44,469 nucleotides of DNA from an uncultured Chloroflexia bacterium (GTDB lineage: Bacteria > Chloroflexota > Limnocylindria > Limnocylindrales > CSP1-4): contig CAVYBU010000032.1 of NCBI GenBank assembly GCA_963766735.1, forward strand, positions 1 to 44,469, read 5' to 3'. This document shows positions 1 to 10,330 of the stretch, piece after piece. The notes under the pieces are model-generated. The model had not been told where the DNA came from. It was given only the letters and a program-made list of their open reading frames with translations, and did not search any database. Made by a program: the position numbers and the translations under genes. Position 1 is the stretch's first letter, and each line of letters opens with the position of its first letter.

Positions 1-218
1 CGCGCTCCGGGCCGGGAGCATTGCCTCGCCGCTGCCGGCCGATGGGTTGCCACACACGCCCCAGACCGATGCTGGACCGCGATCGTCCAAGGTGGGACGA
101 TACGGGTCCCTCCGGCGTCGGGAGCGATCAGCGGCGAGGGAGACGTCTATTGCGCGACGAGCAAGGGCGCGCCAAGCGGGGATCGGCGAAGGACGGTGGC
201 TCCGAGGTAGGGCCGCGG

Positions 219-3200
219 GTGCCCCTTGTTGTGCCCGCGAAGGTCCGCGCACCGGTCCCGGATGCGTTGCCTCGCGAGCGCCTGGAGGCCCGCCTGGCCG
301 AGGCCTTCGGCAAGCGCCTCACGCTCGTGGTTGCACCCGCCGGCTCGGGCAAGACGACGCTCGTCGCGCGGTTCGCCGCGACCAGTGGCGCGCCCGTGGC
401 CTGGTATCGGGCAGAGACCTGGGACGCGGACGAGGACTCGTTCGTCCGCCACCTCGAGGCGGCGCTGCTGTCCGCGTTGCCGGGGCTGCCTGGCGGCTGG
501 GTGACGATCGAGGACGCGGCACGCGCCATGGAGGCTCACCCCGGCCCTGCCCCTGCCCCTGCCCTTCTCGTGATCGACGACTTCCACGCACTCGAGGACA
601 CGGCGGCCGAAGCGGCGTTCGGTCGCCTCGTGGACTGGGGGCCGACCTGGCTCACGCTGGTGCTGGTGTCGCGCGTGGCTCCCGGCCTCAACCTGTCCCG
701 CCTCCGGGTTTCTGGAGACCTGCTGGAGGTGGGGACGGACGACCTGCGGTTCCGCGCCTGGGAGGTGGAGCAGCTCTTCCGCGATGTCTACCACGACCCC
801 GTGCCGCCGGCCGACCTCGCCGTGCTCGCGCGGCGGACGGAGGGATGGGCGGCCGGGCTGCAGCTGTTCCACCTGGCGACCCGAGGCCGGTCTGCAGAAG
901 AGCGTCGGCGGGTCCTGGGCGGCCCGGGCAGCAGTGGACGCCTGCTGCGCGAGTACCTGGCCCAGAACGTGATGGTCGGCCTGCCAGCCGAGCTGCGCGA
1001 GTTCCTGATGGACACGTGCGTCCTCGGGCGGCTGTCTGGGGGCCTCTGCGACCGGCTGCGAGGGACATCGGGCAGCGGGTTGCTCCTGGACGAGCTTGCC
1101 CGGCGAGGCGTGTTCACCGTTCCGGCCGAGGACGGGACCGACGCCTACCGCTACCACGAGGTCCTCCGCCAGCACCTCGATCGGATGCTGGTCGAGGAGA
1201 TCGGGGAGGCTGCGGCACGGGTGCGCCACGGCGCCGCGGGCCGGATTCTGGAGGCCGAGGGCGCGCTGCCCGAGGCCCTGCGCGCCTACTGTCGCGCAGA
1301 GGACTGGGCTGAAGTCCGGAGACTGCTCGGCGGCGAGGGCGAGCGCCTGGCTGCCAGCCTGGCCGCGAACGAAGCCGGGGGCTGGATCGAGGCGTTGCCG
1401 CCCGGCATCGAGCGCCACGACCCATGGGTGGCGCTGGCGGCCGCCCGTCGGGCCCGCAATGACGGGCGCTGGGCAACGGCGCTTGCCTCGTACGCCCACG
1501 CGGAGGCCGAATTCGGGCCAGCGCGGGCCTCGGATGTCCCGCGTCGGGAGCGCCTGGCCCTGGCGGCGTGGATGGATCCGTCTGCCATCCCGCCGGCGGA
1601 CGCCTCCGGGGTTCTGCGCGCCGGCCTCGTGCGGGAGCCCGCAGCCGTCGCCAGGGCCCACCGCGGTGGGGCTGATGCGGCCATGCCCGTCGCGCGTGGG
1701 CTGCTCGCACTGGCCGCGGGGGACGTATCACTTGCAGGGCGTCTGCTCGGTGAGGCGGCGAACGGCGGCGAGCCAGGCCCTGTCGCGTGCGCGGGGGCCC
1801 GGCTGGGCTCGGTCGTGTCCGCGCTCCTTGCGGGTGAGCCGCCCGATGCGCGGGCGTTCGATCGCGCGGTCGAGGACGCGGAACGGGCCGGTTCCCCGTG
1901 GCTGGCTCGACTTGGTCGCAACCTTGCGCAGCGACTGGGTCCGGGTGGGTGGGATCGGAGGACCACGGGAGGGCGCGGGGGGGTTGAACGCCCACCGGTC
2001 GGGAGTTCGGAACCGACCGAGGAGCCCTGGTCGCGTGCGCTCCTTGCGCTGGCGGCGGCGTGGGCCGCGCCGGACGGTCCGGAGACTGCCCTCGACGATG
2101 CCGAGCGCGCCGCGGACGGCTTCCGGCAGCTTGGGGCGGGGGTTCCGGAGGCGTGGGCCCGGGCAGTGGGGGCCCTGGCCGCGTCATGGGCGGGAGAGCC
2201 GGATGCGAGGGAGGCGGCTCTCGCCGCGGAGAGCTGCGGCCGGGCAACCGGGACGCCGGCGGCCCGCGGGCTCGCGCTTGCGGCGCTGACGCGTCTCGAA
2301 GGAACCTCAAACCCCGACCATCCTCAGTTCGCCGCGGTCGCGGCGGCGGACAGCGGGCTCGCCCTGCCGCGCTGGGCCTGCCCCGGGCGCCAGAGCCTGG
2401 CCGACAGCAGCCCGGGTCTGATCCGGAATGTGGAGGAGGAGCCTGGCATTGCCGCCAGCCCGGGATCCGGCAACGGTGTGGGTGAGGGTCAGGCCGGGCA
2501 GGCGGATACTGGAGGCGGCCACAGGCCGGGAGCGCCGGTTCGTATCCGTCTCCTGGGCGGGTGTGCCCTCGACGTCGATGGCCGGATGATCGCCCTTGAC
2601 CGCGCCAAGCCCCGCGTCCGCTCGCTGTTCCGGCTCCTTGCGCTTCATGCGGGAGGCCCCGTCCATCGCGAGGTCATCCAGGAGGCGCTGTGGCCCGATG
2701 CGGACGCAACCGCGGGGTCGCGCAGCCTGCACGTGGCCCTGACGGCACTTCGGCGCCACCTGGACGACGCGGCAACGCCGCTCGACGGACGCCTCGTGGC
2801 ACGCGAGGGAAACGCATACCGGCTGGACGTGGGACCGGACGACGTGGACCTCGGCCGATTTGACCGCGCGATCGCCGCCGGGCGGGCAGCGCGGGCGCGG
2901 GGCGAGGCCTCTGCCGCCCCATTCGCCCAGGCCATCGACCTCTACGGCGGCGAGCTGTTGCCCGAGGAGGGCCCGGCGGAGTGGGTGACGGAGCGGCGTG
3001 ACCAGTGCCGCACTCGTGTGGTGGAGGCGGCACGGGGTCTGGCCGAGGAGGCTCTGCTCGCCGGTGACCACGCGATGGTCGTGCGGGCATGCCGGTTCGG
3101 CCTGGAGCTGGATCGCTACCAGGACGCGTTCTGGCGAATGCTGATTCTGGCTCGGGAGCGTGCCGGGGAGGCCAGCGCAGCGTCACGCGATCGGCGTGAG

Positions 3201-3260
3201 TACGCCCTCGTGCTGGAGGCGCTGGGCGTTGCGGCTACGGGGGCGGCTCGGCCGTCCTGA
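219..3260 (+). CDS. MalT-like STAND NTPase transcriptional regulator with C-terminal wHTH + BTAD (SARP-type) domains
   Basis: Walker A APAGSGKTT, Walker B LLVIDDFH, MalT-type TEGWAAGLQL and YRYHEVLR motifs. C-terminal IRLLG...EALWPD...AIDLYGGELLP is the wHTH/BTAD pattern. ORF is open from 21; GTG 219 is my estimate of the start. Confidence 0.85.
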   Translation: MPLVVPAKVRAPVPDALPRERLEARLAEAFGKRLTLVVAPAGSGKTTLVARFAATSGAPVAWYRAETWDADEDSFVRHLEAALLSALPGLPGGWVTIEDAARAMEAHPGPAPAPALLVIDDFHALEDTAAEAAFGRLVDWGPTWLTLVLVSRVAPGLNLSRLRVSGDLLEVGTDDLRFRAWEVEQLFRDVYHDPVPPADLAVLARRTEGWAAGLQLFHLATRGRSAEERRRVLGGPGSSGRLLREYLAQNVMVGLPAELREFLMDTCVLGRLSGGLCDRLRGTSGSGLLLDELARRGVFTVPAEDGTDAYRYHEVLRQHLDRMLVEEIGEAAARVRHGAAGRILEAEGALPEALRAYCRAEDWAEVRRLLGGEGERLAASLAANEAGGWIEALPPGIERHDPWVALAAARRARNDGRWATALASYAHAEAEFGPARASDVPRRERLALAAWMDPSAIPPADASGVLRAGLVREPAAVARAHRGGADAAMPVARGLLALAAGDVSLAGRLLGEAANGGEPGPVACAGARLGSVVSALLAGEPPDARAFDRAVEDAERAGSPWLARLGRNLAQRLGPGGWDRRTTGGRGGVERPPVGSSEPTEEPWSRALLALAAAWAAPDGPETALDDAERAADGFRQLGAGVPEAWARAVGALAASWAGEPDAREAALAAESCGRATGTPAARGLALAALTRLEGTSNPDHPQFAAVAAADSGLALPRWACPGRQSLADSSPGLIRNVEEEPGIAASPGSGNGVGEGQAGQADTGGGHRPGAPVRIRLLGGCALDVDGRMIALDRAKPRVRSLFRLLALHAGGPVHREVIQEALWPDADATAGSRSLHVALTALRRHLDDAATPLDGRLVAREGNAYRLDVGPDDVDLGRFDRAIAAGRAARARGEASAAPFAQAIDLYGGELLPEEGPAEWVTERRDQCRTRVVEAARGLAEEALLAGDHAMVVRACRFGLELDRYQDAFWRMLILARERAGEASAASRDRREYALVLEALGVAATGAARPS

Positions 3261-3316
3261 CGCGCGCGGAGGAGCCGGGACTTCGCGATCGGACGCAGCC
3301 CCCCTCCAACGCATCC

Positions 3317-3336
3317 AGCCGCCCGAAGCGGCGGCT
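3317..3336. terminator. Possible hairpin between convergent genes
   Basis: AGCCGCC-cgaagc-GGCGGCT, a 7-bp stem between stops at 3260 and 3346. No U-tract. Confidence 0.3.
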
Positions 3337-3345
3337 CGGACCCGA

Positions 3346-5238
3346 TCAGTTCCTCTTGAAGAACTCGATCTCGGAGATGGAGATCGGCGCGGCTTCCGGG
3401 CCGTTGGTCGCGGTGATGGTTATCACCACGGAGTCCGCCTTTGACGCGGACAGATCGAACGTCTGCGGATCGGGAATGTCCTCGACCGTGATCTTCTGTG
3501 ACGAGCCATCCGGGAATGCGAACGTGAACTCCGCCGGACGCCTGGTGTCGACGAAGGCCTTGGCCGCACCGACGTGGAGGATGACGGCGCCCAGGTCAAC
3601 CTCCTCCTCGAAGGAGACGGCAATCGAAGGCGCCTTGTCGGTGCCCTGCCAGTCCGTGTTCGTCGCGGCATCGAACAGCAGGCGAGCCGGATGATCGGCA
3701 ACCTCGCTGCTGGCGGTGACGGACACCGGCCGTTCGATCTCGAGGGTCGGTGCGATGGCCTTGCGAACAGTGTCGACGATCCCCGGAACGCCGCCGCTGA
3801 CCGCCTGGCTGATCGTCCCCCGGAACGACGGGATACCGATGTAGCCGAAGATGCCCACTGCAACGACGAGGCCGAGCGCAAGCCCGATGAGGTTCCTGAC
3901 CTTGAGGCCCTTCCGAACGAGGCCCTTCGCGCCATCGCGGCCGGTCGGCGAGGACCCCGGCGCCATGGGGCCGATCCGCTCGCCGGCGGCGTACTGCTTG
4001 GGTGCCTTCGGGCTGCGGTGGAGGACACGCTTCCACCAGGGAGGTGGCTTCTCCGTGACCACTTGCGCCGCGCCGAGTCCGGCACCGCAACGGCGACAGA
4101 ACTTGCGGGTCGGGTCGTTGGCCTCGCCGCAGCTCCCGCAGATCCGGTCGCCTGGCTGTGCGATGCGCTGCTCGACGGTGGTGGTCGGGCGCGGGCGAGG
4201 CTGGACGACGGCGGTTGGCTGACGGGAAACAGGCTGGTCGACCTGGACCGCTTGGGGCGGGCGCGCTGCCGGTTGGGCCGGGGGGATCGGAGCCGCCGCG
4301 ATGGGCGGACGGGCGGCGGGCTGGGCAGACGCCTGCGCCGGGGCCTGCGCAGCTGGCTGGGGCGCCGCGGATGGCGGCGGAGCGCCTCCGGCGGCGCCGG
4401 AGGTGAAGGTGGTGGAGATCTTCTTCGACGGGCCGCCACGACGGGCGGCGGGTTCGGGCTCGGGTTCGGGTTCGGGTTCGGGCTCAGGCTGCGGCTCAGG
4501 CTCAGGCTCGGGTTCAGGCTCCGGCTCGGGTAGCGGCGCGGGTTCCGGCTCAGGCTCGGGCTCGGGCCCAGGCTCAGGTTCGGGCTCCGGTAGCGGCTCA
4601 GGTTCGGGCTCAGGTAGCGGCTCGGGTAGCGGCTCAGGCTCAGGCAGCGGCTCAGGCACCGGCTCAGGCTCAGGCAGCGGCTCAGGCAGCGGCTCGGGCG
4701 CCGGCTCCGGTTCGGGTTCCGGCTCGGGTTCCGGTTCGGGCTCAGGCTTGGGCAGCGGCTCGGGCTCAGGTAGCGGCTCGGGCGCCGGCTCAGGCTCAGG
4801 TTGCAGCTCGGGTTCGGGCGCCGGTAGCGGCCTAGGCTCAGGCTCAGGTTCGGGTTCAGGCTCGGGCTCAGGCTCAGGCAGCGGCTCAGGCAGCGGCTCG
4901 GGCGCCGGCTCCGGCTCAGGTTGCAGCTCGGGTTCGGGTGCCGGTAGCGGCTCGGGCTCAGGTCGCGGCTCGGGCGCCGGCTCCGGCTCCGGTTCGGGTT
5001 CAGGTAGCGGCTCGGCCTCCGGCTCGGGCGCGGGTTCGATCACCACGATCCGGTCCGAGGCCGACCACCCGCGTGAGGACGTCGTCGCCGGAACCTCCGG
5101 CGACTCGACCACGGCCTCCGGGACATCCTCATCCGCGGTTTCTGCCTTCTTGCCCACCCACTCCAGGAATTGGCCGCAGTCTCCGCAGAACGCATCCGCC
5201 GCATCGTTCCTGTGTCCGCAGTTCCCGCAGACGATCAC
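3346..5238 (-). CDS. CisA-like bitopic membrane protein: double zinc ribbons, long Pro-Glu linker, single TM, C-terminal discoidin/glycan-binding-like beta domain
   Basis: CGNC...CGDC...FLEW and CGSC...CRRC ribbons, [23 protein letters not shown]-terminal TASS...LFD...W...ISEIEF. Last gene of the CIS structural operon. GGGGAG upstream of the GTG start. Confidence 0.8.
   Translation of the reverse strand: MIVCGNCGHRNDAADAFCGDCGQFLEWVGKKAETADEDVPEAVVESPEVPATTSSRGWSASDRIVVIEPAPEPEAEPLPEPEPEPEPAPEPRPEPEPLPAPEPELQPEPEPAPEPLPEPLPEPEPEPEPEPEPEPRPLPAPEPELQPEPEPAPEPLPEPEPLPKPEPEPEPEPEPEPEPAPEPLPEPLPEPEPVPEPLPEPEPLPEPLPEPEPEPLPEPEPEPGPEPEPEPEPAPLPEPEPEPEPEPEPQPEPEPEPEPEPEPAARRGGPSKKISTTFTSGAAGGAPPPSAAPQPAAQAPAQASAQPAARPPIAAAPIPPAQPAARPPQAVQVDQPVSRQPTAVVQPRPRPTTTVEQRIAQPGDRICGSCGEANDPTRKFCRRCGAGLGAAQVVTEKPPPWWKRVLHRSPKAPKQYAAGERIGPMAPGSSPTGRDGAKGLVRKGLKVRNLIGLALGLVVAVGIFGYIGIPSFRGTISQAVSGGVPGIVDTVRKAIAPTLEIERPVSVTASSEVADHPARLLFDAATNTDWQGTDKAPSIAVSFEEEVDLGAVILHVGAAKAFVDTRRPAEFTFAFPDGSSQKITVEDIPDPQTFDLSASKADSVVITITATNGPEAAPISISEIEFFKRN
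4450..5037 (-). repeat. Coding (Pro-Glu)n low-complexity repeat with internal duplicated blocks
   Basis: About 190 codons of [10 protein letters not shown]. The block [21 protein letters not shown] occurs twice. Confidence 0.9.
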
Positions 5239-5320
5239 GCGCGCACTCCCCGAGTCCAGTGAGGATCATGCAGAGGATAGACGGGTTGCGATGCCGCCGA
5301 TTGCCGGGACGCCCGGCCCG

Positions 5321-5878
5321 TCAATCCCTGGCCGCCCCAGCGGACTTGACGATCTCGATCCGGTGCATGACGTGGGCAGGCTTGGCCGCCGCGACCATCG
5401 CGTCCAGCCGGGCCGTGTCAACCGCCTTCGGATCGGCAACGGAAACCCGCACCACGACGAGGGGTTCCGGCGAGCCTGGCAACTCGCCGCCCGGATCGAC
5501 CGACCAGCTCGTCCCTCCGTTCTCCGCGATCTCCACGGTGCCGCCGGTCTGGATCTCGACCTGGCCAGCGAGCCCGGCTGCCGTGCCACGCAGGCGGTAC
5601 AGGTCCACGGCCCGCAAGACGATCGCCCGCCGCCTCGGCTCGTCCCAGCTCTCGTCCAGCGCGATACCCACCCAGCCTGCCAGCCATGAAAGGAAGTCGT
5701 CCGGCGTCAGGTTCGGGTCGAGGTAGGCGTCGAAGTTGTCGAGTGTGCTGAAGATGGGCGCCAGCACGTCGTCCAGGCCGGCAAGGAAGCGCTGGGCGAA
5801 ATCATCGTCCTGGTACAGCGCCGGCAGCGCAGGGCCCAGCGGGTGGGGCGTCAGGAGCCCGGCAACGGAGCCACGCAT
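5321..5878 (-). CDS. CIS baseplate wedge / phage tail protein (P2 gpI-like, TIGR02242-type)
   Basis: LPALYQDDDFAQRFL...YLDP...FLSWLAGWVG...YRLRGT...KPAHV motifs. TGATG overlap with the baseplate J stop. Confidence 0.85.
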   Translation of the reverse strand: MRGSVAGLLTPHPLGPALPALYQDDDFAQRFLAGLDDVLAPIFSTLDNFDAYLDPNLTPDDFLSWLAGWVGIALDESWDEPRRRAIVLRAVDLYRLRGTAAGLAGQVEIQTGGTVEIAENGGTSWSVDPGGELPGSPEPLVVVRVSVADPKAVDTARLDAMVAAAKPAHVMHRIEIVKSAGAARD

Positions 5879-7824
5879 CACCCGCCCTCGACCATGACCT
5901 GGTGCTCGTAGCTGAACACGAGGGCGTGCGGCTCCACCTCGAGGCGCGGCGCCTGCTGTCCGCGCTGGCCCGTGACCGGGTCCGCACCGAACAGGCGCGC
6001 ATCCTCGACCATCTCCGTGCCGCGCAGCTGCTGGAGAACCGAGTACACCTCGCCCACGTTCACCGGGCGCCCAAACGGCCAGCCGGTCCCGTCCGGCCCA
6101 CCCGAGATCGGGTGGAAGTACTCGTACAGGGCCAGGAGCGCCTCCTCCTGGAGCCGGGTGGGGTTCGCCCGGGACCGTGCCTTGAGCTTGGCCACGATCG
6201 TGATGCCCCGATAGACGGGAGGCTCGACGATCGCCCGCGTGCCGATGACCCGGCTCTCCTCGAGCCGGTCGGTGATCTTCTGGAGGGTGTCCGGGTTGGG
6301 GACCAGCTGGTCGAAGCGAAGGCGCCCCAGGTCGGCAACGGCGGACGGCACGATGAGGACCCGGACCGACCCCGCGTCGGCCCCGTCACCGGCGGCGACT
6401 GCCCGTACGCGGGCGACCTCCGGCGCCGCCTCACGTGCAAGCTGCTCGTAGTCCTCGGTTGTGACCGCGCGGCTCCGGGCCCGAAGACGGATGGGCCCCC
6501 GGACCTTGGCATTCTCGATGTCTTCGGCATCGACGCCGCCCCGGGCGGGCCGCCGGTTCTCGACGCGCGAAACGAATGGGATCGAGGACTTGAGGACGGT
6601 GATCGCGCGCGCGGCGACGTTGCCGCGCCGGCCGCCGCCGATGCGGTACTCGCGCAGCCGCAGGTGGGCGCCCTTGGGGGCCACCGCGCCGTAGCGCCGG
6701 AACACACCATCGGCGAGCCGCACGGCAGGGCCGAGGCAGACCTCGCCCGTGGACAGGTCGAACACGAAGTGCCGGTCATCAGGACCGCTGGACGCGAAAT
6801 CGCCGACGTGCGTCCACTCGTCCCAGCCATCGTCCCCGGTGACCTCCAGGACGGGGCTGTTGCTACCCGGCACGACCGGGCCGCGCTTCACCGGGTATCG
6901 CTGCCCGGGCACACCCTCGGAGATGCCGACCTCCTCGGCATACACGAGTTCGGCATTCACGGCATCGACCGTGCCGCCGATCGTGATCGCCGTAAGGCCC
7001 TTGATGTTGGGCGAGGTGCTGTACGCCGGCTGTCCCTCGGCCTGCTCGGTGACGCGGGCCCGGAGCCAGCCGGCCCGCTGCTTCGTGATCAGCGACGCGA
7101 CGTGGCCTCGGGGAACGTGGATGGTCACGTCTCCGTCCCGGTTCAGGCCGCCGGTCGTGTCCGAGTCCACCTCGCACGGCTCCCATTCGTCGCCCGTCCA
7201 GGCCTCCCAGGCGAGCGGCGGGTTGGTCGGATCGACGCCCACGCCCTCGATGTCGGCCTTGAAGCGCAGTCGCACGGTGTTGGACGGCACGGCCTCGCTC
7301 AGGCCGATGTACAGCGCGTCGCCGGGCTTGGGCTCCTGCTGGAAGCAGAACACCTCAGCGCCCTTCTCGAGCGCGCTGCCGTGGTCCCGGAGCGTCTTGC
7401 CATCGATCATGGAGCCCAGTCGGGCGAGGCTGCTCGGGATGATCGCCAGGTCCTCGATCGTCGTGAACGCGATCGCCTCGGAGGTGTCCGTGCGGGCCGT
7501 CGCCGCCTGGGTCCCCGCCGCGATCAGCTTGACGTCCGGCTGGGGCGCGGAGAGCCAGAACGTCACCGCGGTCCGGGCGGCGGTCGGCGGGTACAGGCCC
7601 ACGCCGATGAGCTCCAGGAACTTGACGTAGTTCCGGTCCGGGATCCGGTTGAGCCGGTAGACGACCTGGTCGGTCATCCACGCGAACAGCTCAATCAGGG
7701 TCACCCCTGGATCGGAGACGTTGTGGTCGGTCCATTCCGGACAGCGCTGCTGGACGAGCCGCTTGGCGTCGTCCACCAGGTCCTGGAACCGGCGGTCGTC
7801 GAGGTTCGGGACCGGCAGCACCAT
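5878..7824 (-). CDS. CIS baseplate assembly protein (baseplate J / gp6-like, TIGR02243-type)
   Basis: MVLPVPNLDDRRFQDLV...WTDHNVSDPGVTLIELFAW, RAVTTEDYE and GWPFGR motifs. Start ATG 7824 lies inside the longer listed ORF. Confidence 0.92.
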   Translation of the reverse strand: MVLPVPNLDDRRFQDLVDDAKRLVQQRCPEWTDHNVSDPGVTLIELFAWMTDQVVYRLNRIPDRNYVKFLELIGVGLYPPTAARTAVTFWLSAPQPDVKLIAAGTQAATARTDTSEAIAFTTIEDLAIIPSSLARLGSMIDGKTLRDHGSALEKGAEVFCFQQEPKPGDALYIGLSEAVPSNTVRLRFKADIEGVGVDPTNPPLAWEAWTGDEWEPCEVDSDTTGGLNRDGDVTIHVPRGHVASLITKQRAGWLRARVTEQAEGQPAYSTSPNIKGLTAITIGGTVDAVNAELVYAEEVGISEGVPGQRYPVKRGPVVPGSNSPVLEVTGDDGWDEWTHVGDFASSGPDDRHFVFDLSTGEVCLGPAVRLADGVFRRYGAVAPKGAHLRLREYRIGGGRRGNVAARAITVLKSSIPFVSRVENRRPARGGVDAEDIENAKVRGPIRLRARSRAVTTEDYEQLAREAAPEVARVRAVAAGDGADAGSVRVLIVPSAVADLGRLRFDQLVPNPDTLQKITDRLEESRVIGTRAIVEPPVYRGITIVAKLKARSRANPTRLQEEALLALYEYFHPISGGPDGTGWPFGRPVNVGEVYSVLQQLRGTEMVEDARLFGADPVTGQRGQQAPRLEVEPHALVFSYEHQVMVEGG

Positions 7825-7826
7825 GG

Positions 7827-8225
7827 TCAGTCTCCTCCCGGGATCACGTAGAAGGGGAACACGAGGTTCCGGCGGTCGTTGGTGCGCCGGATCGAATAGC
7901 GGATGTCGATGTACATCACGGTCGCATCCCGGGCATCGAAGCTCACGAGGACGTCCTCGACGTCGATCCGCGGCTCCCAGCGCCGTAGCGCGGCCCTGAC
8001 CTCCGCGGAAATCGCCGAGGCGGTCGTGCCGTCCGCGGACGAGAAGACGTACTCGTGGATGCGGCAGCCGAACTCGGGTCGCATCGTCCGCTCGCCCGGC
8101 GAGGTCCCGAGGATGAGGCGAATGGCCTCTTCGATCTCGCGCTCGCGTGACACCAGCGCGATGCCTCCGGTCGCGTCGGTGCGGAGCGGAAAGGCCCAAC
8201 CTCGGCCGATGAACTCGTCGCTCAC
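7827..8225 (-). CDS. GPW/gp25-family baseplate protein
   Basis: FIGRGWAFP...ILGTSPGERTMRPEFGC...WEPRI...NLVFPFY. Confidence 0.93.
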   Translation of the reverse strand: MSDEFIGRGWAFPLRTDATGGIALVSREREIEEAIRLILGTSPGERTMRPEFGCRIHEYVFSSADGTTASAISAEVRAALRRWEPRIDVEDVLVSFDARDATVMYIDIRYSIRRTNDRRNLVFPFYVIPGGD

Positions 8226-8235
8226 GTCACTCTCC

Positions 8236-8625
8236 TCAGGCCACGGTCACGTCGGCCACGGTCGCCAGCGGCTGGCCCGGCACCTGGCCGCACATCGCCA
8301 CCTGGGAGCTGCTGGTGGCGATCGGCTTGCCTCCCGCCGTCACGGTGGGGCTGCCGCTGAGCACCCGTCCCTCCTGGAGCGTGGGCAGCATGAACGGGTC
8401 CGCGGGATGCAGGCCCACGTGGGGTGGCGTGTTGAACCCGGACGAGCCCATGACGGCAACGGGCTTGCCGCCGATCGTGACGGTGGCCTCCAGGCCCTGC
8501 AGCAGCGGGGCCGAGAACGGCATTGGGGCAGGGGAGGGCTGGGGTGCACCCGAGGCCGGGTTGGGCACCTGGTGGATCGCGCATTGGCCCTGGATCTTGT
8601 CGCCCATCACGAGGGGTTGTGCCAT
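8236..8625 (-). CDS. PAAR-like spike tip protein
   Basis: Repeated VTIGGKPVA / GSPTVTAGGKPIA, His/Cys candidate metal ligands, located between vgrG and gp25. Confidence 0.8.
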   Translation of the reverse strand: MAQPLVMGDKIQGQCAIHQVPNPASGAPQPSPAPMPFSAPLLQGLEATVTIGGKPVAVMGSSGFNTPPHVGLHPADPFMLPTLQEGRVLSGSPTVTAGGKPIATSSSQVAMCGQVPGQPLATVADVTVA

Positions 8626-8636
8626 CTCCTGCTCGC

Positions 8637-10321
8637 CTAGTTGAGCGCGACCGTCGCGCCCTTGATGACCGTCTGGCCGGAGGCCTTGATCTCGACCCCG
8701 GTCGCGTCAACGTTGAAGTTGCCCTGCGTCTTGACCTCGACATCGCCGGTCCCCTCGAGGAGCAACCTCCCGTCGAAGTAGACGTGGAGCTCGCCCGAGG
8801 TTTCGTTGAGCGAGATCCGGAACTTGTTGCCCGCCGTGATCAGCGCAATCCCTGCGTCGTCCTCGGAGTCGAAGAACACCAGCTTGTGGCCGGTCCGCGA
8901 CACGAACCCCACCCGCTTGACGCTCCCGGCGTCGAGCAGCCCGTCACCCAGTGGCGGCAGGTCCTGGCCGTTCCACATCCCGCTCAGGACCACCGGGCGG
9001 GAGACGTCACCGTGTTCGAACGCGACGAGAACCTCGTCGTCAACCGCGGGCAGCCAGACCATGCCGCTGTCCTTGCCCGCGCCTGGCATCGCGACGCGCG
9101 CCCAGGACGTGCTCTCGTCATCGGACAGCCACGGGAACTTGAGCTTCACCCTGCCCATGTTCATGGGGTCGGCGTTGTCGGTCGACCAGGCCGACCACCA
9201 CTCCCGGGATCCGATCGCCGCCGCCCGTCCCCTGCGACAGCAGCCCGTGGATCGAGCGGTCCTGCCGGCCGGTGAAGTCGAGAAGCGTCCGGTAGCTGCC
9301 GCTGCCGAACTCGTGACGGGAGCCCGTGATGACCCACTTGCCCTCGAGGGCGGGGTCGATGCCGCTGACGCTCACCGCGGCGCCCGCCTTGAGCGCGGGT
9401 GAGCCCATCGCGACCGCGGTCGCTTCGAACGCCGCGCTGCCCACCTGCTGGGCTCGCGCGGTGGCCAGCTCGTCGGCCGCCTCCTGGGAGCTCACGGGAT
9501 GGTCCACGACGGTGAGGGTCCTGCCGCCGACCTTGTCCGCGAGATCCGACGGGGTCATGGACAGCTCGGCGTTGGTGGCCTCGACGTCGGCCTGGCCGAT
9601 CACGGCCTCCTTGTTGTCGACGTCCCAGCCGCGGACCTTGACCTCCGCAACCTGGGCCACGGCGCTCATCCGCGCCCGGAATTCGAGCAGGTTGTTGCCC
9701 CACACCAGCTGCACTGGGTCCTCGGTCTCAAGATCGCCGGCACCCGGCGCCCCGGATGTCTCGGCGGGCCGCTTGAACAGCAGCGTGTCTTCGTCCACCC
9801 GGCAGTCGAAGCCGATCCGGCGGGCAAGGCCGTACAGGAAGTCCAGGTCCGACTGGTTCGCCTGGAGCATGTGCTCGACGGTGCCGCCAGAGTCGTCGAC
9901 ATCGGCGGACAGCCCCGCGTCGCCGGCGATCTGGGACGCGATGTCCGAGTACTTCGACGTCCTGGAAGGTCGCGGTCTTGCGCCCCGCGGCCAGGCGGTG
10001 CGACTTGTCGTAGCCGCGGGCGACAGCTCGGGCTCCCAGGGTGTCGTAGTCCGCCTCGATCGAGGTCACCTCGCCCGTGATCAGCGGCTCCGGACTGTCG
10101 CTCAGAAGTGACGCGGTGGAGACCTTGACCTTCTTGCCGATCTCCAGGCCGGCACGCCCGAGGATGTCGTGGCCCGGGTCCCGGAACACGAGGGTGAACA
10201 TGTCCGGCATGGCCATGCGGTCCACGACCAGGACGCTCTCCAGCTGGCCCTCGATGTCGGGCGACAGCTCCATGCCGTCGATCTCGACGATTCCCTGCGT
10301 GGAGGCGGTCGCGACGGGCAT
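8637..10321 (-). CDS. vgrG: VgrG-like spike (gp27/gp5 OB-fold), split by two +1 frameshifts at ~9955 and ~9183
   Basis: Three consecutive ORF pieces (MPDMFTLVFRD; QANQSDLDFL...VRGWD; GRVKLKFPWL...WARV...PAVDDEVLVAFEHGD). Removing one base at each site gives 1683 nt, or 560 aa in a single frame. Confidence 0.88.
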
Positions 10322-10330
10322 CGGTCGGGC

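Noticed and set aside
4301-5689. 462-aa Gly-Ser-rich ORF on the + strand
   Set aside because: It is the antisense shadow of the Pro-Glu repeat. The minus-strand gene has real domains and fits the operon.
9180-9960. Programmed frameshifting or a naturally split vgrG
   Set aside because: No slippery sequence at either site, the breaks fall inside conserved domains, and similar indels occur in unrelated genes.
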